A stretch of 64,000 nt of DNA, taken from positions 1 through 64,000 of the forward strand of contig JBBQRQ010000005.1 of assembly GCA_038214755.1 (NCBI GenBank). The letters run 5' to 3'. Every line of letters begins with the position of its first letter. The stretch's first letter is position 1. The position numbers were made by a program, and so were the translations under genes. Of the stretch, positions 44,299 to 54,139 are shown piece by piece. This stretch comes from Verrucomicrobiota bacterium (GTDB lineage: Bacteria > Verrucomicrobiota > Verrucomicrobiia > Limisphaerales > CANJXF01). The notes beneath the pieces were generated by a model. The model was not told where the DNA came from, searched no databases, and saw only the letters and a program-made list of their open reading frames with translations.

Positions 44299-47200
44299 CT
44301 ATTTTGAAAAGAATTTCCATTTGAACCCGGCATTGACTGCGCCGAAGCGATCGTATTCGCCAATGAGCGACCAATCCTGCGTCAATTTGTATTCCAGATA
44401 ATAAGTTTGTTTGCCTTGGGTGGAGACATCTTCGCCGGAGTGGATTTCCAGTTTTTCTTCGCCAGCGCCGCCGGAGCCAAATTTTGAAAACAAATTTTTT
44501 CCCAGAAAAAACGCGAGCGACCCGGCCTTTTGTTGAGTCGAAAAATTAATTTCGTCGCGGGGTAATTCTCCCGCCGTTACCATCAACAAGATTTGCTCCG
44601 AAGTCAGTCCGGGGTTCGACGTGAAAACGATGCTCGGTTTGTCCGCCGGCCCGGTCATGTCCATTTTTACATCGTAACCAAATGTCCGGCCCGACGCATT
44701 GATGGCCAGTTGCGGGCGATACGGATTCTCGCTCGTCAACGAAACGTAACCCTGATTCACCCGCAAATTAGCAAAGGGAAGCAGCACCACTCCGGAATTG
44801 ATTTTCAAATCACCGAGGGCGGCTGGCTCGCGCAACGTCCCGGTCAATCGCAAGTTGGCCGAAAAGTCTCCCCGAAAAAGCGGGCTGCGCACTTTTAAAA
44901 AATTATTTCCCTGCAGCGTCACGTTCAAACGCCAATTGGCAAACCGCTCGGCTTCAACGCTGAAATAAGGGGGACGCTGTTTCGGGCGGGAAACTTTTCC
45001 GGGCACCAACATTTTCAAGTCGCTCAAATAAAAACTGTCGCGAAGATTTAGCGCGCCCGAGATCAGCGCGCCTTCTGCTTTTTCGTTGGAAACATTCAGA
45101 TCAATGTCGCTGCGCAAAATAAATTCCGGCTGGCGCGCCAGTGGCACATTGGTCCCGTGCAACTTGAAATGAAACAGCGGCAGGCCCGATGTCTTGTCTT
45201 TTTTTGCCAGATTTATTTCTCCAAATAAATCCACTGGTTGTCCGCCGATAGATCCTTTGAACGTCTCGAGTTTTACCTGGTCGCCATCGAGTTTCAGCCG
45301 CGCCTGAATGTCATGCACCGGCCCCAGCGATGGGATGGGTCGCAACGCCGCGCCCGCCACCCGCAAGTCTCCATTGAGCCTTCCGGCTTTCGTCGTGGCG
45401 TCGAGATTGACTGTTCCAAATGGACTCAACACGTTCGGAAACAAACGTTGGAACGGCGCGATTTGCGCATCCACAATTTTCAAATGCACATTGGCTTTGC
45501 GCCAATCGAAAATATTTGTCCAGCCGCCTTTAAAACTTTTGGGCAAGGGAAGTTCACCCGTCGCGGTGACCGGCTGACCTTCGACAAAAAATTCAAAACG
45601 ATGGAGCGCAATGTGGTCGCTGACCAAATCAAAATCAGCGGAAACATTTTGAAATCGCGGAAGGGTTTGGCCTGGTAGAGCGAGACTCCTGTCGAGTTCT
45701 GATTTCTCCCCGGCGAGGTTGGTGTTTTGAACGGAACTCGACGGGAGTGTCGCGCTACCTTTTTTAGATTTCAATAAAACCTCTTTCGCGCTCAATAGAA
45801 TTTTTCCCTGCGGCGCGGCAATGGTTCCGGCCACGGCAATTTGCGCGGAAGGCTCTTGAAAATTCAGGCGCGTCCACTCCGACATTCGCTCCCAGAATTG
45901 CGCGTTGGTCGTAGTCGTCGCGTGAAAATCAATGCGCTGATTCGGCACTTCCTGAACGAGGTTTGATTTGCTCGCCGGATTAAACGTGATGGGCAAAAAT
46001 CCTTTTCCAGAAATCACAGCTTGCGCGGAGGTTCCAACTTCGGCGCGCTTGATTGTCATGCCGGTCTTGTCGCCGCTCGTGTCCAATTCGGCAGTGAATG
46101 GAGTTTCATCCTCAGAAAAAAAATGAGCGAGTCCGGTGAACGCAAAATTCACCGGGCCGTTCGTCCAGGCGGCAGAAAACTTTATTTGCTCGAGCCGCGC
46201 TTCGGGCAGTTGCTGGCTCGAAAAATCCTGCCACGCGAGAAAATCAATTTGCTTCGCTGTCGCGGAAATCTGTCCTTCGTTCGGCCACCGAATTTTTCCG
46301 GCGAGAGAGATGATGGATTTTTCGCCAAGCCAGCGGAAAGGCTCGACGCCGATCGCCCACGCTGATTTTGCGTCGCCGGTTTTCACCGCAGAAATGGAAA
46401 ACGGTTTCTCCAAACTCAGCACGGGCTGTTCGTTGGTCGTGAAAAGAAGTTTTTGAACTTGCGCTGAGAAATGATTGGTCTGCGCCAAACTCGAACCCGC
46501 CAGGACGAGCGTTGAATTTTTGGAAACGAACTGCGCCTGAAAATTTTCCAGGCTCAATTGGCTTCCACGCCAGTCCGCCGAAATTTCCAGCGGAACCAGC
46601 CGCGGCAGTTCCACTCCTTGCAATTTGAGATGCGCGGAATGGGAGAGATTTTTCAGCGGCCCGGAAAATTCAGCGGCCAATGAAATATTTTCGTAAGAAA
46701 CATCCGGCGGCAAAAATGCGTAACCGATTTGCCCGTTGAGTTTGAGTTTCCCCTCGGAAATCGTCCGCGTCACCGCGTTGAAGAGCAGATTAGCCTCGGC
46801 GATTGCGCCGTCGTCAAATTGAACCTTCGCCGACTCGATGCGCAATGATGGCCAATAAAATTTTCCACGCGCATCGAACTGTTTGGTATGAATTTCACGA
46901 ACCGCGACGTTGGTCCCGGCCAAATTAAAAGTCGTATCAGGAAAACGATTTGTCCCGCGCCGCAAGATGGCTTCGCCTTTGAGCTGGCCGCCCGCCGCGA
47001 TCCATTTTTGGCGCGACAAATCCGCATCGATATTCAGCGTGGCCGCCTGGCTCAACATCTCGCCGCGAAAACTGAATTCCGCGTTAGTGGATAATTTCAC
47101 GTGCAACCACGGTAAAGAAATATTGGCGTTTTCGATGCGGACAGAGTTGGTGTCGCCGCTGGCGTGAATGACCGCTTCGATGGGCGAGAGAAAGATTTCT

Positions 47201-48084
47201 CCACTTTCGATGGGCTGGGCCTGGGCCGTGAGATCAACCGCAAAACGATTTGTCTCCCAGCGAAGGTCGAGTGCGCCGACCAACTCGTGATAGCCCTCCA
47301 GCCGTAAAAATTTCGCGGGGATTTGAAATGATTTCGATTGAATCGAAGCGGTGTCGGGCAGCGAACCATCCCGTCCAAATTCCGCGGAAACATCCACGCG
47401 ATTGCTGAGCCAGAACATTTCACCTTTGACATCCACCGTTGCTTTTTCGACGCGCGTCTCGACTGTTCCGTCCAAATTCCATTCCGCGATTTTGAAAGCA
47501 ATTTGTTTCGAAGATTTATGGGCGAGGCGCGCGTTGAAAAAAGTTTGGGGCAAAATTTTCGCGGCGGAAATTTCTGCGATGAGTGATCCTTGCTTCCACT
47601 CGGCGGACGGAATCGAAATGGCCCAGCCCTTCCCGGGAAGGGCTGGGTGAATCCGACCATTGATCAAAGCGACTCTGGGCAACCAGTGATTTAACTGGGC
47701 AAGCGGTGGATCAATTGTTTTCGCCACTTTAAAAACGGAAGTTCGTTCTTTGCTTTTGTTGCTGCCGGAAATAGCCACATCCCAATCCGTCACGCGCAAA
47801 AAGTTTTTTCTCGAATCGCCGCTGAGATGACGCCAGAGCCAGGGCGCAGGAAGTAAAACTTCGACCTCTTTCGCCTGAAGTTTTGCGGTGGCGTTCGTAA
47901 ATTTTACATCGTGTAAAATAAATAGGTTGTAACTCTCGCGCTCGTAACGCGAGTAATGAACCTGGTATTTTTTTAAAACAGGCTGGAGAATCCAGGGAAA
48001 CCAGAGAGGCAATGCGACCAATAAAATCAGCAGCGCGCCGAGGATGAAGCCCACCGCCAACAAAATTTTTCTTTTACGAGCCAT
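44299..48084 (-). CDS. tamB: TamB/AsmA-like translocation and assembly module protein
   Basis: N-terminal TM anchor, long beta-rich body, DUF490-like C-terminus (LRLTGTLREP..FTSNPGLTSEQIL..EYKLT); adjacent to an Omp85 gene. Confidence 0.8.
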   Translation of the reverse strand: MARKRKILLAVGFILGALLILLVALPLWFPWILQPVLKKYQVHYSRYERESYNLFILHDVKFTNATAKLQAKEVEVLLPAPWLWRHLSGDSRKNFLRVTDWDVAISGSNKSKERTSVFKVAKTIDPPLAQLNHWLPRVALINGRIHPALPGKGWAISIPSAEWKQGSLIAEISAAKILPQTFFNARLAHKSSKQIAFKIAEWNLDGTVETRVEKATVDVKGEMFWLSNRVDVSAEFGRDGSLPDTASIQSKSFQIPAKFLRLEGYHELVGALDLRWETNRFAVDLTAQAQPIESGEIFLSPIEAVIHASGDTNSVRIENANISLPWLHVKLSTNAEFSFRGEMLSQAATLNIDADLSRQKWIAAGGQLKGEAILRRGTNRFPDTTFNLAGTNVAVREIHTKQFDARGKFYWPSLRIESAKVQFDDGAIAEANLLFNAVTRTISEGKLKLNGQIGYAFLPPDVSYENISLAAEFSGPLKNLSHSAHLKLQGVELPRLVPLEISADWRGSQLSLENFQAQFVSKNSTLVLAGSSLAQTNHFSAQVQKLLFTTNEQPVLSLEKPFSISAVKTGDAKSAWAIGVEPFRWLGEKSIISLAGKIRWPNEGQISATAKQIDFLAWQDFSSQQLPEARLEQIKFSAAWTNGPVNFAFTGLAHFFSEDETPFTAELDTSGDKTGMTIKRAEVGTSAQAVISGKGFLPITFNPASKSNLVQEVPNQRIDFHATTTTNAQFWERMSEWTRLNFQEPSAQIAVAGTIAAPQGKILLSAKEVLLKSKKGSATLPSSSVQNTNLAGEKSELDRSLALPGQTLPRFQNVSADFDLVSDHIALHRFEFFVEGQPVTATGELPLPKSFKGGWTNIFDWRKANVHLKIVDAQIAPFQRLFPNVLSPFGTVNLDATTKAGRLNGDLRVAGAALRPIPSLGPVHDIQARLKLDGDQVKLETFKGSIGGQPVDLFGEINLAKKDKTSGLPLFHFKLHGTNVPLARQPEFILRSDIDLNVSNEKAEGALISGALNLRDSFYLSDLKMLVPGKVSRPKQRPPYFSVEAERFANWRLNVTLQGNNFLKVRSPLFRGDFSANLRLTGTLREPAALGDLKINSGVVLLPFANLRVNQGYVSLTSENPYRPQLAINASGRTFGYDVKMDMTGPADKPSIVFTSNPGLTSEQILLMVTAGELPRDEINFSTQQKAGSLAFFLGKNLFSKFGSGGAGEEKLEIHSGEDVSTQGKQTYYLEYKLTQDWSLIGEYDRFGAVNAGFKWKFFSK
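45674..45759. repeat. GTAG-REP inverted pair in frame inside tamB
   Basis: ggtagagcgagactcctgtcgagttc ... gaactcgacgggagtgtcgcgctacc. Confidence 0.85.
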
Positions 48085-48181
48085 TTCAGATTTTCCTGCC
48101 GCGACAATAGCCAAGAAGCGCGTTCTGACAAATGCCGGTTTATCTTCCTCCGCCGTTACAACAATCGCTGATTGCTTGGCG

Positions 48182-48387
<206 letters not shown>

Positions 48388-48463
48388 GGACGACTTCGGG
48401 AACATTCGAGGCATTCACAATTTGCCCTTTGAACTTTGCGCTCGCGCCCAATAGTTTTTTCTC

Positions 48464-49231
48464 ATGTTCAGACCGTGCATCGACTTGCATGAAGGCAAAG
48501 TGAAACAAATTGTCGGCGGCTCGCTGACAGGTGACGACAACACTTTGCGCACCAATTTTGTCTCGGAACGTTCGGCGGCCTGGTATGCGGAACTTTACCA
48601 GCGCGACAACTTGCGCGGCGGCCACGTCATCATGCTCGGTGCCGGAAATGAAACGGCGGCGCGCTCGGCACTGGCGGCTTTTCCCGGCGGATTGCAAACG
48701 GGTGGCGATATCAACTTGAAGAATGCCCAACAGTGGCTTGATGCCGGAGCCTCGCACGTCATCGTAACTTCCTGGGTTTTTCGAGACGGGGTTCTCGATG
48801 CGCAACGGCTCAAGTCACTCGTGAAAAAAATTGGGAAGAAACGGCTCGTGCTTGATTTGAGTTGTCGTAAAAAAGGAAAGGATTATTTCGTCGTGACGGA
48901 TCGCTGGCAAAAATTTACCGAGTTGGTGTTGAGCCAAAGCGCGCTGGAAACGCTGGCGGAATTTTGCGACGAGTTTTTGATTCACGCCGTTGACGTGGAA
49001 GGGTTGTGTCTCGGAATGGATTTGGAACTGGTGCAAAAACTCGGGCAATGGTCGCCCATTCCGACGACCTACGCCGGCGGCGCTCGGTCGCTGAACGATT
49101 TGAAAGAGGTCACTCGCCTGGGAAATGGCCGTATGGATTTAACGATCGGTTCGGCGCTGGATATTTTTGGCGGGACGGGAATTAAATATGAGGAGGTGGT
49201 CGCTCTCAATCGGCGATTGCAGCCAAAGTAG
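48464..49231 (+). CDS. hisA: ProFAR isomerase HisA, eukaryotic (His6-like) type
   Basis: MFRPCIDLHEGKVKQIVGGSL..GGHVIMLG..GASHVIVTS..LVLDLSCR..DEFLIHAVDVEG..DLTIGSALDIFGG. Confidence 0.92.
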   Translation: MFRPCIDLHEGKVKQIVGGSLTGDDNTLRTNFVSERSAAWYAELYQRDNLRGGHVIMLGAGNETAARSALAAFPGGLQTGGDINLKNAQQWLDAGASHVIVTSWVFRDGVLDAQRLKSLVKKIGKKRLVLDLSCRKKGKDYFVVTDRWQKFTELVLSQSALETLAEFCDEFLIHAVDVEGLCLGMDLELVQKLGQWSPIPTTYAGGARSLNDLKEVTRLGNGRMDLTIGSALDIFGGTGIKYEEVVALNRRLQPK

Positions 49232-49247
49232 AACGGAGCGTCTCAGT

Positions 49248-49400
49248 TGTAGCGCAGGATTGCATCCTGCTGTAGCGCAGGTTTTCAACCTGCGAGATGC
49301 CGCCAGAAACGAGAGACTTTCAAAAACCAAAGACTTTCTCTATTGCGACGTTCCGCCGGTTTCAAACCGGCGATACAGCAGGATGCAATCCTGCGCTACG
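49248..49400. repeat. GTAGCGCAG-type REP composite
   Basis: gtagcgcaggattgcatcctgctgta ... tacagcaggatgcaatcctgcgctac. Related element at ~52011-52118. Confidence 0.85.
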
Positions 49401-49441
49401 TAGCCGCCAGCTAAAATCATACCCTCGGAAAAAGGCGACTA

Positions 49442-49470
49442 TTGACACCTGTTATCGCGAAAATTACTCT
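49442..49470 (+). promoter_or_regulatory. Sigma70 promoter of rpsU
   Basis: TTGACA (49442-49447), 17-bp spacer, TACTCT (49465-49470), ~70 bp upstream of rpsU. Confidence 0.65.
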
Positions 49471-49539
49471 CCGTCCCCCTAAGTTAAGGACGACGGTCGC
49501 GAAGGCCGCCAGTCAAAATGCGAGAGGAAGTGAATACTT

Positions 49540-49737
49540 TTGACAGAAATTAAATTAAAAAAAGGTGAGCCAGTGGACAAGGCGCTACGCCGGTTGAAGA
49601 AAAAAATCGACCGCGAAGGCACCATGAAAGAAGTGCGGACGCGCCGCCATTTTGAAAAACCGAGCGAACGAAAACGACGCAAGATGAAAGTCGCGCGTTT
49701 TTCCGCGATGCTGACCGCGCGTTACGCTGACCTGTAA
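49540..49737 (+). CDS. rpsU: 30S ribosomal protein S21
   Basis: [35 protein letters not shown] start with GAGGA upstream. Confidence 0.95.
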   Translation: MTEIKLKKGEPVDKALRRLKKKIDREGTMKEVRTRRHFEKPSERKRRKMKVARFSAMLTARYADL

Positions 49738-49744
49738 TTTGCCA

Positions 49745-49858
49745 CGTTAAACCGTTGAATCGTTGAATCGTTAAACCGTTAAAATCGGAAGCCGATTTGA
49801 CCAATCAACGGTTTAACTGTTTTCACGATTTAACGATTCAACGATTCAACGCTTTCAC
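49745..49858. repeat. CGTTGAAT / ATTCAACG tandem-octamer hairpin
   Basis: cgttaaaccgttgaatcgttgaatcgttaaaccgttaaaatcgg ... cggtttaac..cgatttaacgattcaacgattcaacg. Confidence 0.85.
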
Positions 49859-49860
49859 GC

Positions 49861-50775
49861 ATGTATTCATTTTCGACTTGCTGGAATTCACATCGCCACA
49901 CCGATGGGCGGACGATGTTGCGCGAGATTCGCGAGCTGGGTTTTGATTACGCGGAACTGAGTCACGGCATTCGCATCAGTCTTTTGCCGGGAATTTTAGA
50001 GGCGGTGGAGGCGGGCGAAATTAAAATTTCCACGCTCCATAATTTTTGTCCGCTCCCCATGGGCGTCACTCAAGCCGCGCCCAATCTTTATCTTTTTTCC
50101 TCGGAGGACGAGCGGGAGCGGGAGAATGCGTTTCGTCATTCCATAAAAACTTTGGAAACAGCGGCGCGCGTGAAAGCCCAGGCGGTCGTTCTTCACTTGG
50201 GCGCAGTTGAGATGAAGGATTACACCGATAAATTGATCGAGATGATTGCCAGTGGCAAAAAGGAGAGTCCAAAATTTGAGAAGCTCCTGACGGAAGCCCA
50301 CGAAAAGCGCGAGGAGAAAAAGGAGCAATTCGTGGAGCGCTCTTATCAAATGTTGCGCCGATTGACTGAGCCGGCCGAGAAGCTTGGAATAAAATTGGGC
50401 ATCGAAAACCGCGAGGCCATCGAGGAAATTCCCATCGACGCGGACTTTCCTTTTTTGCTGCACGATTTTCCCAGCCCGACGATTGGCTACTGGCACGACA
50501 CCGGCCACGCGCAAATCAAGGAGAATCTCGGCTTCATTAATCACTCGCTCCATTTGGAATCGATGGCGGAACGGCTCCTTGGGTTTCATGTTCACGACGT
50601 GGAATTTCCGGGACGAGATCACCGCAGCCCCGGCTCCGGCATGATTGATTTCGCCGCGTTGAAACCGATGGTGAAGCCCGAGCACATCAAAGTTTTTGAA
50701 TTCAGTCCGTCGCTCAAAATAGAAGAAGCGCAAGGCGGCATCGCCCACATCAAAACTCTCTGGGGAGCCGAGTGA
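49861..50775 (+). CDS. Sugar phosphate isomerase/epimerase (xylose-isomerase-like TIM barrel)
   Basis: ELGFDYAELSH, LHN, VVLHLG, LGIENR, WHDTGH, FHVHD and DH..PG.G.IDF motifs. Confidence 0.85.
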   Translation: MYSFSTCWNSHRHTDGRTMLREIRELGFDYAELSHGIRISLLPGILEAVEAGEIKISTLHNFCPLPMGVTQAAPNLYLFSSEDERERENAFRHSIKTLETAARVKAQAVVLHLGAVEMKDYTDKLIEMIASGKKESPKFEKLLTEAHEKREEKKEQFVERSYQMLRRLTEPAEKLGIKLGIENREAIEEIPIDADFPFLLHDFPSPTIGYWHDTGHAQIKENLGFINHSLHLESMAERLLGFHVHDVEFPGRDHRSPGSGMIDFAALKPMVKPEHIKVFEFSPSLKIEEAQGGIAHIKTLWGAE

Positions 50776-51881
50776 GCGCGATCAAGAAAACGTGGAAGAT
50801 GAGTTGGCAGATCGGTCTCTGTCTTGTCCTGCTCGCCTGGATTTTTCATTCCATTTTTCTCAACGAAGGCCGCCTGGCCGCGCACAAAAATGGAATTTCC
50901 TGGGAACAACTTTCACGAAGCGAACAATGGAAAATCGCGTGGACAACGGGCCCTCACGAACTGTGGCAAACACTCAGTCTGGTCAACGCGGGCGCGTTTG
51001 CCTTCTCGTTATTTTTGGTGGGAATCACAATTCTTCTCGGTGTGATCCGCTGGCGCATGGTTTTGGAAGTGCAGGGGTTGCACCTGCCGTTTCGTCGAGC
51101 GATGGGGATCACTTTTGTCGCGCAATTTTTCAATTCGTTTTTGCTGGGATCGACTGGCGGCGATTTGATCAAAGCCTATTACGCGGCGCGCGAAACTCAT
51201 CACAAAAAAACCGAAGCCGTCGTCACCGTTTTTGTCGATCGCCTGATTGGCTTGTGGTCGATGCTTCTTTTCGCCGCGCTGATGATGTTGCCGAATTGTC
51301 GTTTGATTTTTTCCCACAAAAATTTGGGCGCATCCGCCGTTTTGATTTTATCAATGCTCATGGGGTGCAGCGCGGTTTTGGGCATTGCGTTTTGGGGTGG
51401 CGTTTTCAAACGATTCGCCACGGCGCGCGATTGGTTGAGGAAGTTACCGAAGGGCGATTTGCTGGAACGCTCCCTGGAATCGTGTCACGAATTCGGTCTG
51501 CGCCGAACTTTTGTTTTGAAAACAATTGGAATTTCCATGGCGCTGAATGCGGTGTGTGTCTTGCAGGTGATCACTCTCACCCGGGGCTTGGGTCTGACTA
51601 TTTCTCCCGTCGCGCTCTTCGTCATCGTGCCGATTGTCATTTGCATCTCCGCGCTGCCGATCACTCCGAGCGGACTGGGCGTGCGGGAAAATCTTTTCGT
51701 TTTGATGCTGGCCGCGCCGGAGATAAATATTCCGGCGACCTCGGCGCTGTCGCTCTCGTTGTTGACTTATGCGGGCGGTTTGTTTTGGAGTCTGGTCGGC
51801 GGCGTGGTTTACGTGGGACTGAAAAAGAAAGAGCACTTGGAAGAAGTCACCGCGCCAGATCCGGCCATCGAAAATGCATGA
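50772..51881 (+). CDS. Lysylphosphatidylglycerol-synthase TM domain (flippase-like) protein
   Basis: RWRMVL, FFNSFLLGSTGGDLIK, VFVDRLIG and LPITPSGLGVRE motifs. Confidence 0.88.
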   Translation: MSAIKKTWKMSWQIGLCLVLLAWIFHSIFLNEGRLAAHKNGISWEQLSRSEQWKIAWTTGPHELWQTLSLVNAGAFAFSLFLVGITILLGVIRWRMVLEVQGLHLPFRRAMGITFVAQFFNSFLLGSTGGDLIKAYYAARETHHKKTEAVVTVFVDRLIGLWSMLLFAALMMLPNCRLIFSHKNLGASAVLILSMLMGCSAVLGIAFWGGVFKRFATARDWLRKLPKGDLLERSLESCHEFGLRRTFVLKTIGISMALNAVCVLQVITLTRGLGLTISPVALFVIVPIVICISALPITPSGLGVRENLFVLMLAAPEINIPATSALSLSLLTYAGGLFWSLVGGVVYVGLKKKEHLEEVTAPDPAIENA

Positions 51882-51924
51882 GTTAAGAAAAGGAAGAAGC
51901 CGGAATGGAAGCGTTTTCAGAAGC

Positions 51925-51997
51925 CGTAGCCGCCGACGTGAGGAGGCGGATTTCGGTTCTTTCCGGTGAAATCCGCCTCCTCACGTCGGCGGCTACG
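51925..51997. repeat. GTAG-REP inverted pair
   Basis: cgtagccgccgacgtgaggaggcggatttc ... gaaatccgcctcctcacgtcggcggctacg. Confidence 0.9.
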
Positions 51998-52128
51998 ATG
52001 CATTAAAATTGAAGCGCAGCTTTGCAAGCTGCTGTATCGCCAATTTGCAATCGGCAATACGTGTGAGAGTCAAGCGGGTTGCAAACCCGCGATACGACAG
52101 GTTAAAAACCTGCGCTACGATTTCCAGC

Positions 52129-53574
52129 ATGAACAAAGTCCTTTTGATCGATGACGAAGCGGACGTGCAATATTCGTTTCGGCGAATCTTTGACAGTCCG
52201 GAAATTCAATTGACCACGGCCGGCAGCGGCGAAGAGGGTTTGAAAATTATTCCAAAGCTCAAACCTGATCTCGTCATCATGGACGTGCGCATGGGAGGAA
52301 TGACCGGACTCGAAACTCTGCGGCGCGTGCGCGAGATCGAACCAAAACAACTCGTGATCATGATGACCGCGTTCGGCACCACGCAGACCGCCATCGAAGC
52401 GATGAAGCTCGGCGCGTACGATTATTTGCTGAAACCGTTCGATGTCCCGAAGCTCAAAAAAATCGTCAATGACGCTTTGAAAACTGCGCGGGACATGAAG
52501 CAGGTGGTTTCGTATCAGCCGCTCTTGGAATCCGAAGATTATGAATTGGGCATCATCGGTCGCAGTGAACCGATGCAGAACGTTTTCAAGTTGATCGGCC
52601 AATTGGCGGCAAGCGATGCGACGGCGCTGATCACGGGAGAAAGCGGCACAGGAAAGGAGTTGGTCGCACGGGCCATTTACCATCACAGCAAACGGAGCGA
52701 ACAAACTTTTTTGGCGGTCAATTGCGCGGCGATTCCCGAAAATCTTTTGGAGAGCGAATTGTTTGGCCACGAGAAAGGCTCGTTCACCGGAGCCACGCTT
52801 CAGCGAATCGGAAAATTTGAACAATGCGATCGCGGGACAATTTTCCTGGATGAGATCGGCGATATGTCGCTGGCGACACAGACAAAGATGCTGCGCGTTT
52901 TGCAATCGGGCACGTTCGAGCGCGTGGGCGGGAATCAATCGGTCAAGGTGAATGTCCGAGTCATCGCCGCGACGAATAAGGCGTTGGACCGCGCCGTCGC
53001 GGCGAGAGAATTTCGCGAGGATTTATTTTACCGGTTGAACGTGGTGCAGATTCATCTCCCGCCTCTGCGCGAGCGGCGCGAGGACATTCCTCTGCTGACG
53101 AATTATTTTTTGAAAAAGTTTTCCGGACAATCGAACAAGCGGCCGAAGTCCATCGCGGCTGAAGCGCTGTCGGCGCTGGAAAAATATGATTGGCCGGGGA
53201 ACGTGCGGGAACTGGAAAACGTTTTGCACCGGGCGGTGGTGATCGGCAAAGGAGAAAGTATTTTAAGCGGCGATTTGTCGGCGGAAGTTTTTGGCAGACG
53301 AACCGTTTCGCAGAGTGGCGCGGGAAATTCAGCAAGTCTCTCGACGAGTGGCCAAACGGATTTGGTTTCGTTGGCGCGGCAGTTGTTCGATTGGGCGCGT
53401 CGTGACAGCAAACTCAAGTTGATTCCAGCGATCGAGCGGGAATTGATCGTGCAAGCGCTACTCGAAACAAAAGGGAACCAGGTTCACGCGGCAAAATTAT
53501 TGGGAATCAGCCGCGCCACGCTGCGCAAACGAGTGGAGAAATTTAACATCAAGCGGCAGGTGGAAATAAAATGA
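52129..53574 (+). CDS. Sigma54-dependent response regulator (NtrC/AtoC family)
   Basis: Receiver LLIDDE..MDVRM; GESGTGKE, ESELFGHEKGSFTGA, FLDEIGD, WPGNVRELEN; Fis-type HTH. True ATG at 52129. Confidence 0.93.
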   Translation: MNKVLLIDDEADVQYSFRRIFDSPEIQLTTAGSGEEGLKIIPKLKPDLVIMDVRMGGMTGLETLRRVREIEPKQLVIMMTAFGTTQTAIEAMKLGAYDYLLKPFDVPKLKKIVNDALKTARDMKQVVSYQPLLESEDYELGIIGRSEPMQNVFKLIGQLAASDATALITGESGTGKELVARAIYHHSKRSEQTFLAVNCAAIPENLLESELFGHEKGSFTGATLQRIGKFEQCDRGTIFLDEIGDMSLATQTKMLRVLQSGTFERVGGNQSVKVNVRVIAATNKALDRAVAAREFREDLFYRLNVVQIHLPPLRERREDIPLLTNYFLKKFSGQSNKRPKSIAAEALSALEKYDWPGNVRELENVLHRAVVIGKGESILSGDLSAEVFGRRTVSQSGAGNSASLSTSGQTDLVSLARQLFDWARRDSKLKLIPAIERELIVQALLETKGNQVHAAKLLGISRATLRKRVEKFNIKRQVEIK

Positions 53575-53669
53575 GCGGTAAATAGAACAAGTTGCCGATC
53601 GGGAGATCGGCGTTCCGATTGGGCGTGCGTCGTGACGGCGCTGAGGTTCATTCAGCAATAGTGCGAATC

Positions 53670-54139
53670 TCAAACTAATTCTACAACGCCGGGAAATTTT
53701 TTGGAAAATGGCTCGTCGAATGTCGCCACTTTCAGTTGGTGTTTTTTGGCAAGCAACGCGAGGTAGGCATCCGTCGTTTGCCGGTGGCCAGCGCACAGCC
53801 CTTTGATTTCCGTCGCTGAAATATCGCACGGAACAAGCCGGGATCGGTGGCGGGAAATAAAGGTTTGCAAAGCGCTGTCCGCATCAACGCCAGCCAGCCC
53901 GTTCTGCATGAGCACGCGCACGAGATTTAATTCTGTGATCGGACAGGTGAGGACTTTCGGATTTGCAGCAAAGAATTCGGAGAAACGCGGAACGGGGAAC
54001 GCGGAACGCAGAATCAGAAAAGACAAACGCGACGCGTGAAGTGCGAAGTGCGGAATGGAAAAGTCCCGATTCCGCGTTCCGCGTTTCTCCGCGCAGTCCA
54101 CGTTTTAGCAATGAGCAGGTTGCCGTCGGCCAAAAACAC
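53670..54139 (-). pseudogene. vapC: VapC/PIN toxin interrupted and frameshifted by a hairpin repeat
   Basis: GTG at 54139 gives VFLADGNLLIAKTW. The C-terminal FFAANPKVLTCPITE..HRQTTDAYLALLA..ATFD lies in another frame, after the 53978-54091 hairpin. Confidence 0.75.

Noticed and set aside
50792..51886. 364-aa same-strand alternative-frame ORF
   Set aside because: Overlaps the LPG-synthase-like gene, whose frame carries the family motifs; this frame is Arg-rich and motif-free.
52009..52128. N-terminal extension of the NtrC-family regulator
   Set aside because: It is REP-derived, not coupled to an upstream stop, and the receiver domain starts cleanly at ATG 52129.
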